The notes under the pieces were generated by a model, which had not been told where the DNA came from, searched no databases, and saw nothing but the letters and a program-made list of their open reading frames with translations. Position numbers and translations under genes: made by a program. A stretch of DNA of 51,430 bases, the filler included, from Malassezia furfur (Eukaryota): NCBI GenBank assembly GCA_052055015.1. It is 2 parts of 2 records of this genome, joined end to end, with 100 filler letters (N's around TTAATTAATTAA, not from the genome) between each part and the next. Parts side by side here need not be neighbours in the genome. Positions count along the whole stretch, not along the records: positions 25,782 to 51,430 come from JBQJIT010000135.1; 1 more part is not named here. The stretch is one strand, 5' to 3'. Below, in pieces: positions 43,123 to 51,430 of the stretch (the first letter of the stretch is position 1; every line of letters starts with the position of its first letter).

Positions 43123-43264
43123 GAGGGTCGGGGGGATGGGGCGACACCTACCTTCTTCACAGCGGCATGACGGCGCAGAGCAAAACCCGGCGGCGGCCGT
43201 TGGCGCACGTGACCCCGGCGTGGTCTGGGCGGCACGCCGGGGCCGCGTGGGGTGTGTCCACACC

Positions 43265-44713
43265 ATGTCCTCGTTTGAAAGTTGGCAGTCCCCGCTTTCG
43301 AGCCGCTATGCGAGCAAAGAGATGTCGTCGCTCTTCTCGAATGCGACGCGTTTCAGCACGTGGCGCGAGCTGTGGCTGAACCTCGCGATCGCCGAGAAGG
43401 AGCTGGGCCTGCCCATCCCCCAGGAGGCCATCGACCAGATGAAGGCGCACCTCACGCTCGATGAGGAGCAGATGAAGCTCGCGGCCGAGGAAGAGAAGCG
43501 CCGCCGTCACGACGTTATGGCGCACGTCCACGTGTTCGGCCAAGTGGCCCCTGCCGCGGCGCCGTTCATCCACCTCGGTGCGACGTCGTGCTATGTCACC
43601 GACAACGCGGACCTGATCTTTTTGCGCCGTGGCCTGGACCTGCTGCTGCCGAAGCTTGCGCTGGTGATCCAGCGTCTGGCGTCGTTCGCGAACAAGTACC
43701 GTGACCAGCCGACGCTCGGTTTCACGCACATGCAGCCCGCGCAGCTGACGACGGTCGGCAAGCGTGCGACGCTGTGGATCCAGGACTTCTTGTGGGATCT
43801 GCGCAACCTGAAGCGTGCGCGCGACGACCTTGGCTTCCGTGGCGTGAAGGGCACGACCGGCACGCAGGCGAGCTTCTTGCAGCTCTTCGACGGCGACCAC
43901 GACAAGGTGGAGCAGCTCGACGAGCGCGTCACGGCGCTGTTCGACTTCCCCTATGCGCTGCCGGTGACCGGGCAGACGTACCCCCGCAAGATCGACATCG
44001 ATGTGCTGTCCACGCTGGCATCCTTCTCGGCGTCGGCGCTCAAGATGGCCACCGACATCCGCCTGCTGTGCCACCTCAAGGAGGTGGAGGAGCCGTTCGA
44101 GAAGGACCAGATCGGCTCGAGTGCGATGGCGTACAAGCGCAACCCGATGCGCAGCGAACGTGTGTGCGGCCTGGCACGCTGGCTCGGCAACACGCTCAAC
44201 AACGCGCGCGAGACGCACGGCGGGCAGTGGATGGAGCGCACGCTGGACGACAGTGCGAACCGCCGCCTGTCGATCCCCGAGGCGTTCCTGACCGCCGACG
44301 TGATCCTGACGCTGCTGCAGAACATCACCGAGGGGCTCGTGGTGTACCCCGCGATCATCAAGCGGCACATCGACGCCGAGCTGCCGTTCATGGCCACCGA
44401 GAACGTGATTATGGCTATGGTGCGTGCGGGCGGCGACCGCCAGGTGTGCCACGAGCACATCCGTGTGCTGTCGCACCAGGCGGCGCGCGTCGTCAAGGAG
44501 GAGGGCGGCGAGAATGACCTGATCGAGCGCATCCGCAACGAGCCCTACTTTGCGCCGATCGTCCCGCGCCTCGACGCGCTGCTCGACCCCAAGAGCTTCA
44601 CGGGCCGTGCGCCCGAGCAGGTCGACAGCTTCCTCAAGAAGTGGGTGCAGCCCGCGCTCCAGCCGTACGAGGCGCAGCTCCAGAGCGCCACCAAGGCCGA
44701 GCTCTCCGTGTAG
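43265..44713 (+). CDS. ADE13: Adenylosuccinate lyase
   Basis: [48 protein letters not shown]. Confidence 0.97.
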   Translation: MSSFESWQSPLSSRYASKEMSSLFSNATRFSTWRELWLNLAIAEKELGLPIPQEAIDQMKAHLTLDEEQMKLAAEEEKRRRHDVMAHVHVFGQVAPAAAPFIHLGATSCYVTDNADLIFLRRGLDLLLPKLALVIQRLASFANKYRDQPTLGFTHMQPAQLTTVGKRATLWIQDFLWDLRNLKRARDDLGFRGVKGTTGTQASFLQLFDGDHDKVEQLDERVTALFDFPYALPVTGQTYPRKIDIDVLSTLASFSASALKMATDIRLLCHLKEVEEPFEKDQIGSSAMAYKRNPMRSERVCGLARWLGNTLNNARETHGGQWMERTLDDSANRRLSIPEAFLTADVILTLLQNITEGLVVYPAIIKRHIDAELPFMATENVIMAMVRAGGDRQVCHEHIRVLSHQAARVVKEEGGENDLIERIRNEPYFAPIVPRLDALLDPKSFTGRAPEQVDSFLKKWVQPALQPYEAQLQSATKAELSV

Positions 44714-44714
44714 G

Positions 44715-46505
44715 TCAGTAGTACATCGCCGATCGCGCAGCAATCAGCGGCGCGTCCGCCTGCCGCCGCGCCGCTCGCAGCCACGCGTCCGTCCAGCGCC
44801 GCATGCGCGCACGGGCCGCTTCGCTCCCGACGTTCACCGTGGGGATCGTGCGCTGGTGCGGCAGCGCCGTCATGAACGCGGTCAGCTCGTAGAAGCTCGA
44901 GTGCTCCGAGTACGGCACACTGTACACCTGGGTATCGGCGGTGCTGTCGCGCGTCGGCGCCAGCGCCGCGCGGTCAAACGTGGGGGGGACGAGCTTGGGC
45001 ACCTGCGGCGCGAGCGGAGCGTCGGGGACCACGCCGCGGTCCCCGCCGCGGAACGACCAGCCCGTCGGCCGGAAGGCGAGCGTGTGTGTGATGCCCATGC
45101 CGCGCGCACGCAGCGTCTCGGCCCACGTCTGCAGCGCGTCGGGCGACAGCGCAAACAGGTTCGTGACGTGCACGCGCGCCTCGGTCGGGTCGCGCGTGAG
45201 CCGCGCGGAGAGCTCGGCGTCTTCGAGCTGCGCATAGATGTGGTACTTGCGCGTGTCTACGCAGTAGATCGACGTCTGCAGCGCGCGCGCGAGCGCCAGG
45301 ACCAGCTTCTCCTTGCCGATCGAGTAGGTGCCGACGACGACGAGCACGTCGGCCGGCGCGGCCGCCTGCGTGCGACTGGTGCTCCACGGGAGCGTCGCCT
45401 GCTGTGTGCGTGGCTTGTGCCCTTGCACGGTGGCGGTCACCAGCTCGACACACGCATCAATCACCTCGGGCTGCGCGGGGAAGCAGTAGCGCGGGTTCAG
45501 GTAGGTCGTATCGAGGTACACAATGTCGACGCCCTGCTGCAGCGCGGGGTGCGCAAGCTGCTGTGGGCATGCGCGAAAGTCGCCGCAGTGCAGGTAGCGG
45601 TACGTGCGCATCGGCGCGTCGGGGCGCGTCGTCTGCCGCCCCTCGAACAGCATAATGCACGCGCCGGGACAGTGGTTGGCGTCGATCAGCGTGACATGCA
45701 CCTCGGTGCCGGGCAGGCGCACGGGCGTGTCCATGGGCAGCGCATGCACATACTGTGCGTCCACGCCGAGCTTGGAGCACACGAGCCGCGCCGTCGGCGA
45801 CGAGCAGTAGATGGGCCCGTGCGTCCATTTGCGGGACAGACCGCCGTAGTGGTCCGAGTGGAAGTGCGTGAGGACGTATGCGACGCACCCGTCAATCGCA
45901 CCGTATGAAAACGCGTCGACGGCAATCGGCATTCCCTCGAGGACCTTGTAAAAGGGCGCACGGCGCACGCGGCCTTTGGTGTCGCGCGCCTTGGGCGGTG
46001 CGTTCTCGGCCTTTTGCGCGCCCAACAGGCGCGCCAGGAAAGACGGCGGGGTAGCAGTGGCAGGCTTTGTTGGTGAGGGTGCCTCGGTGGGTATGTTGCC
46101 TGCAAGTGCGTCCTTGTCGTCGTCTTCGTCGTCAGCGCACGGATCCATGCATGCGGCTTCGGCGGCGTCGGCATCGAGCGCCTCGTCCACTTCTTCGGTC
46201 TTGCATGCTGGCACATCGGGGTCCGTTGGCGTGCACGGCGCCTCGGCCTCCTGCGCGCCCGGTACATCGTCCGCGCCCGGGTCGCCGCACCCACTCGCGT
46301 GCCGCTGAATTTCTTCCGAGGAGAACGTCTGCGCACACAGCGGGCACACGACCTGCTCCTGCGCCGCGGCCCGGCTCGCTTGCAGCGCGGCCTGCAACTC
46401 GGCGTCTGTGTCGTGCTCCGCACGCCGTTTCGGGCTGCGCCCGGTGCCGCCGCCCAGGAACGCGGCGAGCGACGGCTGGCTCAGCGCGCGTTTGGGTGGC
46501 GGCAT
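44715..46505 (-). CDS. PSO2: DNA interstrand cross-link repair nuclease Snm1/Pso2
   Basis: UBZ-like CPLC..HASGC, THFHSDHYGGL, DANHCPGA, HCGDFRA, YLDTTY, GTYSIGKEK, VPYSEHSS. Confidence 0.93.
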   Translation of the reverse strand: MPPPKRALSQPSLAAFLGGGTGRSPKRRAEHDTDAELQAALQASRAAAQEQVVCPLCAQTFSSEEIQRHASGCGDPGADDVPGAQEAEAPCTPTDPDVPACKTEEVDEALDADAAEAACMDPCADDEDDDKDALAGNIPTEAPSPTKPATATPPSFLARLLGAQKAENAPPKARDTKGRVRRAPFYKVLEGMPIAVDAFSYGAIDGCVAYVLTHFHSDHYGGLSRKWTHGPIYCSSPTARLVCSKLGVDAQYVHALPMDTPVRLPGTEVHVTLIDANHCPGACIMLFEGRQTTRPDAPMRTYRYLHCGDFRACPQQLAHPALQQGVDIVYLDTTYLNPRYCFPAQPEVIDACVELVTATVQGHKPRTQQATLPWSTSRTQAAAPADVLVVVGTYSIGKEKLVLALARALQTSIYCVDTRKYHIYAQLEDAELSARLTRDPTEARVHVTNLFALSPDALQTWAETLRARGMGITHTLAFRPTGWSFRGGDRGVVPDAPLAPQVPKLVPPTFDRAALAPTRDSTADTQVYSVPYSEHSSFYELTAFMTALPHQRTIPTVNVGSEAARARMRRWTDAWLRAARRQADAPLIAARSAMYY

Positions 46506-46561
46506 ACGCACACCTCCACCTCCACCACCCCCCACGGTGCGGAGGCGCCTCGCGGCCGCAT

Positions 46562-47619
46562 ATGGCCGCCAACTACTGGTACTCGACGCAATGGTAGGTC
46601 GCACAGCTCATGCAGCAATACCTGGCTGCTGGAGCGCTCCGTCCTTGATGCGGTCCTCGAAGAGGACACCAAGTTTGCGAGCGCGCAGGAGATCGCGGCG
46701 GTGACGACCTGGTGCATCCACGGTACGTGCGCAGTTGGCTGATGCAGCGATCGCCATGCTGTGCAAGCGGCTGAACCTGCGCCAGCGCGTGGTCGCAACA
46801 GCGAGCGTCTACTTCCAGCGGTTCTACAGCAAAAACACGTTCGCAAGCACGGATCCGTTCCTGCTGCTCACCGCGTGCGTCTACCTGGCGGCCAAGGTCG
46901 AGGAGGCCGCCGTGCGCATCCGCACGCTGTGCGGCGAGGCCTCCAAGATGTTTGCCGAGATGGGCTACAAGGAGCTGCCGAACTCGATCTCGCTCGTGGC
47001 CGAGATGGAGTTTTACCTGCTGGAGGAGCTCGAGTTCGATCTGATCGTCTTTCAGCCGTACGATACCCTGCAGCGCCTGTGCGACGCATGCAGCGCGCTC
47101 ATCGCGCCCGATCGGCCCATGCAGACGACCCTGCCGCGCAGCACATCGCCCTCGACGCCCATGCCGACACCCGACGAGCCGCAGACCGCGCGCGGCCCCC
47201 AGCTGCTCCAGATGGCCTGGTTCCTGGCCAACGACTTGTACAAAACGCGGCTACCGCTCGAGCACCCGCCGTACGTGCTGGCGATCGCGTGCCTCTACCT
47301 TGCGCTCGTGCTGCTTCCTACGAGTGCCGAGCACATCCAGCTCACGCTCGCTCGCGACGTGCCGCAGTGCCCGCCGCCGGTGCTCGTCGAGTTTTTGAGC
47401 GGGCTGAACGTGTCGCTGCCGCTCGTCGCGAGCGTCGTGCAGGACATGCTGACCTATTACGAGCTATGGCACGAGCTGCTCCAGCCGGGTGCAGACGGTA
47501 CGCCGAGCCTCTTGAAGGACGCCGCGGGGATCTTTGCGCGGGTCCAGCGCATGCATGCCCTGTACCGTGCGTCGCTGCTGCATCATGCGCCGGTGCGCCC
47601 CGCAGCATACACCTCCTGA
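46562..47619 (+). CDS. SSN8: Cyclin C (Mediator kinase module), 2 introns (46594-46615, 46723-46747)
   Basis: MAANYWYSTQ, LRQRVVATASVYFQRFY, CVYLAAKVEE, EMEFYLLEELEFDLIVFQPY. Confidence 0.93.
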
Positions 47620-48404
47620 ATCGTCTTGGCAAACTGGACAGGATCGTGCGCAAAGCGCCCCAGGAAGAGGCCGTCGACACCCTCGTAGATGTGCTCGTAA
47701 AGCCCAGGCTTGGCCGAGCCGCCATAGAGGATCCGCAGCGACGCATCGCGCCGGTCTGGAAACTCGTCCAAGCACCGCGCGCGCAGCGCCTGGGTCACTG
47801 CGACGATGTGCGCGGCACTTGCGGGCTGCGCCTTGCCGATCGCCCAGACGGGCTCGTACGCAAGCACCACGTCGGCGTCCGTCGGCACCGCCTCGAGCAC
47901 CGCAAGCGCCTGCTGCCAGCACTCGCTGACCGCGAGCCCGGTGTCGTCGCCGGGGAACGTCACCTCACCCACACACACGAGCGGGGTCATGCCATTGCGC
48001 ACGACCGCGCCCGCCTTGCTTGCGACGATCGCGTCCGTCTCGCCAAACAGGCTGCGGCGCTCGGCATGCCCGATCTCGACGAGGCGGCAGCCGGCCTGCG
48101 CTAGCGTCTTGGCCGACACTTCGCCCGTGTAGGCGCCTGCGTCCTGGTCGTGTGTGTCCTGTGCACCCAGCCACACCTCCGCGTGTGCGTCCTGCAGGAG
48201 ATCGCGCACACCCGTGAGCGAGACAAAGTCGGGAATCACGAAGACATCGAGCGCCTGGTGCCCTGCCGCATCGCGCGGGGGGAAATCCGGTAGCTCGTTG
48301 AGCGTGCGAACGACGTCGCGTATATACGTGCGCGTCTTGTCCAGATCAAAATACATCTTGAGCGATGTGCCGACGAGACGGCGGCGCGATCCCGTGGCTG
48401 GCAT
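47583..48404 (-). CDS. Atypical triosephosphate-isomerase-family protein (possible tetrose-phosphate isomerase)
   Basis: VGTSLKMY (canonical GNWK), GAYTGEVS, EIGHAERR, AYEPVWAIG, YGGSAKPG, GLFLGRFAHD. Confidence 0.88.
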   Translation of the reverse strand: MPATGSRRRLVGTSLKMYFDLDKTRTYIRDVVRTLNELPDFPPRDAAGHQALDVFVIPDFVSLTGVRDLLQDAHAEVWLGAQDTHDQDAGAYTGEVSAKTLAQAGCRLVEIGHAERRSLFGETDAIVASKAGAVVRNGMTPLVCVGEVTFPGDDTGLAVSECWQQALAVLEAVPTDADVVLAYEPVWAIGKAQPASAAHIVAVTQALRARCLDEFPDRRDASLRILYGGSAKPGLYEHIYEGVDGLFLGRFAHDPVQFAKTIQEVYAAGRTGA

Positions 48405-48456
48405 GGTGGGAAACGTACGGCGCACGGACGCGAGCAGCCTCCACCTTCTTCGCACG

Positions 48457-48793
48457 ATGGAAAACGCAATGGAAACGGTGGGCCGCAAATGCACGGCGGA
48501 GATGGGTGCGCATCGCGACTAACGCAGCCGACTTTGAGCGGTGCATCGTCGCAAACAAGGGCGACGGCAGCAAGTGCGCCGAGTCGCAGCAGGCGCTCGC
48601 GCAGTGTGCGGCGCGCGCCGTGCCCATGCTGCAGACCGTCAAGGAGCAGTGTGGCCCCGCGATCCGTGCATACGACGCGTGCATGCACAACAACGCCAAC
48701 AAGAGCGATGACGAGCTCACCGAAGCGTGCACGCCCGCGCTGCGTGCGCTGTGGGCGTGTACGGAGCGTGTCAAGGCCGAATCGTCCACCTAA
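48457..48793 (+). CDS. MIX14: Mitochondrial IMS protein with four CX9C motifs (Mix14/CHCHD5-like), 1 intron (48506-48527)
   Basis: CTAEMADFERC, CAESQQALAQC, CGPAIRAYDAC, CTPALRALWAC after splicing. Confidence 0.85.
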
Positions 48794-48798
48794 GATCC

Positions 48799-49274
48799 CT
48801 ATACAAATAGACGCGACAGTCCCAACCGCGCGACCCATGCACCAATCGTCTCGCGCATCGGCGCCGTCTTTTGTGCGACCTTGGCAAGCGTCGTGGCGCG
48901 CGCTGTGGGCGAGCGCATGCGCCGCGCGGCCGCAATGGCATACACCTGCCGGGCGTGGGTCAGCGCCACACCGCCCAGACCCCACAGCATGCCCTGCCAG
49001 ATCGGCGAGATGAATTGCTCCATGAATAGCGTCCACAAGAAAGGGAGCCTGCGATGTGAGGAGAGTGGGCGACCTACCATGCGACACGCGTCGTGTCCTG
49101 CCACGGCGTCCGTGGCTCCTCGACCGGCACTACGCCCGTACCGTCTGGCTCTGCGACACGCACATGCTTGCGTATGGTGGTAAGGAAAAACTGCTCCTGC
49201 CGCAGATCCGGCAGTGTCGCGCGCGGGACGCGCACGGGCGGCTCCGCGGACCGGCTGGACCGCACCGCGCTCAT
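48799..49274 (-). CDS. DUF1770-like small membrane protein, 1 intron (49049-49077)
   Basis: LPDLRQEQFFLTTI and EQFISPIWQGMLWGL resemble the two DUF1770 blocks. Confidence 0.72.
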
Positions 49275-49316
49275 CACGGTGGCAGCAGTTTAGTCAGCAC
49301 ACGCTCCGGTCCGACG

Positions 49317-49790
49317 ATGGCGTCCGCGGCTCCGAGCGCGACGGCGGGCGGCGCGGGCGGCGCGGGCGCTGCAGCGGCACCGGCAACGGTGTCTGGCACA
49401 CCTCTTGCACCAAGCACCACGGCGGCGAGCGGTGCGCCGCTCTCAGTGGCGGCGCTCGATGCGTCGCTCGCCGAGCTGTCGACGACGCTGCTTCCTGCTA
49501 CGCGGCACGCGGGGGATACACTGATGGAGCGCGTGTACGTGCGCTGCTGATACAGGATGTATGCACTGTGCCACGATGATGATGCGTCCGAGGCGCTTGA
49601 CCAGCTGGATGCGCGGCTCGCGGAGCTACAAAAATTCCTACGAGACACGGGGTTGAGCGGTATTCCGTTGAGCATTGACGCGTCGCGCGCGACCGATATC
49701 CCTGCCGAGACGCGCAGCACCTTCGAGATGCGTGCGCGGCTCAGCGATGCGACGACGCTGGTGTCCAGTATTTTGCGGGCCGACGAGTAG
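49317..49790 (+). CDS. Small helical hypothetical protein, 1 intron (49535-49555, 21 nt)
   Basis: GTACGT..CTGATACAG intron joins ORF 49056 frame to ORF 49557; Ala-rich N-term then amphipathic helices. Confidence 0.6.
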
Positions 49791-49794
49791 AATT

Positions 49795-50617
49795 TCAGCT
49801 CCGTAGCGCCACGATACGGTCCGGCGCCAGCTCGAGCGCCTCGGCAAACTTGAGCCCGCTCTTTTCGCCGCCATCGAGCGGAAGCGGAGTCGTGTAGGAG
49901 ACGCCGTCGGCACCGATGGGCTTGGCTCCCACGGTGACGATCACCGACTGCACCATCCCGGGCTGCTCCGCGTTCGCGGCAAGCAGCGAGTCGATCACCG
50001 TGGCGCCGCCCTCGACCATCACCGAGAAGAGGTGGTGATCGTGAAGCGTTGCGCGGATCGCCGGCCATGTGAGCTTGTCGTCGGTCTCAGACTCGACGAG
50101 GGCGACTTCGGCGCCGGCATGGGTAAGCATCTCGCGGCGGCGGTGCCAGTCGGCCACGTCGGCGGCGTGGTGGGGCCGCGCGGCGAGAATCAGAGGTACA
50201 CGCCCGGAGCCGTTCGTGGCGTTGCGGATGAGCTGGCTAGAGAGCGGCGTTTGCAGCTCGTTGTCGAGCACGACGGGCCGGGGGTGTTTGTTGGTGGCGG
50301 ACCCGAGGCGGACTGGCGGTGAGCCGGGTTTCGGAGGTGCAGACGTACCGTTGAGCTGGGGGTCATCGTGGAGCACCGTGCCGATGCCCACAAGGATTGC
50401 GTCGTGCAATGCACGAAGCCTGCCGGTCAGTTTACCCCACATACCGATGGGTCATTTCCATGCTGGCCTCGCCGCTGATCTGCACGCGCTGGCGCTGCGC
50501 GCCTGCAATCTTGCCATCGGTTGACTGCGCAAACGTGAGTGTGATGCACTTGTGCCCAGCGGTGGGCGCGTACGACGCGAGGAAGGTGTCGAGCGGCTGC
50601 GCGGCTGCGCCGGTCAT
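49795..50617 (-). CDS. RIB7: Pyrimidine reductase of riboflavin synthesis (RibD C-terminal fold), 1 intron (50420-50444)
   Basis: TLTFAQSTDGKIA, MTHRLRALHDAILVGIGTVLHDDPQL, PRPVVLD, SVMVEGGATVI. Confidence 0.92.
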
Positions 50618-50643
50618 GGTGTGGAGGTTCTTCCGGCTAAACG

Positions 50644-51430
50644 ATGGTGGAGACCGTGTACATTGCCCGGCATGCCTTCCGGATGGCCATTTCGCACTTT
50701 AACCATGACGCGCAGGTCGCACGGGATCCGCCGCTGACCGCGCACGGCGACGAGCAGGCGCGCGACCTGGCCGCATTCTTTGCCGCGATGCCCGAGGACG
50801 AGCGGCCGGAGCTGGTGGTGAGCTCGCCGTACTCGCGGTGCATCACGACGATTATGCCGACCGTCGAGCGTCTCGGCATCGAGCTAGTCATCGAGCCTGG
50901 GCTCGCCGAGTGGTTCGCGCCCGTGTGGCCCGAGTCGAGCGGGCAGCACCCGTCGCCGCGGCGTGCCGAGCACGTGCAGCAGCACTTTGCCGGCGTCTCG
51001 ACGCGGTGGACGCCGCTGCTGTACCCTGACCCGCGCGGCGAGACAGTGCGTGACGTGCACGAGCGCGTATACGAGTGCTTCCGGCGCATCGAGTCGCGGC
51101 TCAACGCGTGGGGCATCCGGCGCGTGCTGCTCGTGTCGCATGCGGCGTCGATCATTGCGCTGGGGCGCATGCTGCTCAGCGACGGCGACGTGCGCCGCGC
51201 GACGCAGCCCGTGCGCGCCGGTACCGCGAGCGTGAGCAAGTACACGCGTGGCGACGATGCGCGGTGGACACAGGTGTACAATGGCAATACGTCGTTTCTA
51301 CCAGGAGGCTCGGAGCGCGAGTGGGATTTTACGTTCGTGCCCGACAACAACACCGAGCCGGGAATGGGCGCCGATTGGCACGACCAGTACGCACCGCAGG
51401 ACGGTACGCTGGTGTTCCGTGCACGCTCGC
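50644..51430 (+). CDS. Histidine-phosphatase/phosphoglycerate-mutase-like protein (Tfc7/tau55-like), runs off the window
   Basis: MVETVYIARHAFR, RDPPLTAHGDEQA, SSPYSRC, EPGLAEWF, LLVSHAA, NGNTSFLPGGSEREWDF; not in ORF track (no stop in window). Confidence 0.85.
   Translation, partial: MVETVYIARHAFRMAISHFNHDAQVARDPPLTAHGDEQARDLAAFFAAMPEDERPELVVSSPYSRCITTIMPTVERLGIELVIEPGLAEWFAPVWPESSGQHPSPRRAEHVQQHFAGVSTRWTPLLYPDPRGETVRDVHERVYECFRRIESRLNAWGIRRVLLVSHAASIIALGRMLLSDGDVRRATQPVRAGTASVSKYTRGDDARWTQVYNGNTSFLPGGSEREWDFTFVPDNNTEPGMGADWHDQYAPQDGTLVFRARS

Noticed and set aside
85..51353. Many long Arg/Ala-rich alternative-frame and antisense ORFs (e.g. 85-801, 8620-10377, 17222-19240, 28115-29833, 43157-44743)
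   Set aside because: Shadow ORFs of high-GC3 genes on the other frame or strand; no motifs

Overview
Eukaryotic, very compact, GC-rich fungal DNA. Gene content, sub-100-bp intergenic spacers and tiny GT-AG introns point to Malassezia (Ustilaginomycotina); this is inference, no search was run. About 39 protein genes can be reconstructed by hand once very short introns are spliced out, including PEX6, STT3, NAPE-PLD/FMP30, DUF3405, an MPD1-like PDI, RAM1, PEX8, VPS71, a B-cyclin, TatD/Scn1, VPS1, G3BP/Nxt3, IST2, NHA1, NTM1, a PsuG-PsuK fusion, ERV2, RNase H2C, PCMT1, YOS9, SARAF, MsrB, SHG1, ADE13, PSO2, SSN8, an atypical TPI, MIX14, RIB7 and a TFC7-like gene. There is also an intron-containing tRNA-Ile(UAU) and a 100-nt artificial contig linker at 25682-25781, so the two halves may not be adjacent. 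Main observations: (1) a miniature splicing regime, with 42 hand-called coding-region introns, mode 22 nt, 29 of them 21-25 nt; (2) an apparent single-nucleotide exon that builds the TatD DxHxH motif; (3) two box C/D snoRNAs (snR41-like, snR70-like) in 5'UTR introns of the SHG1-like mRNA, separated by a 3-nt exon; (4) a CAG/TAG acceptor switch at the linker of the pseudouridine glycosidase-kinase fusion; (5) an unexplained ~220-nt structured RNA candidate, a spliced 68-aa microprotein, a prion-like G/S/N/Q/Y/F protein and an oriented YTCCAC motif upstream of start codons.
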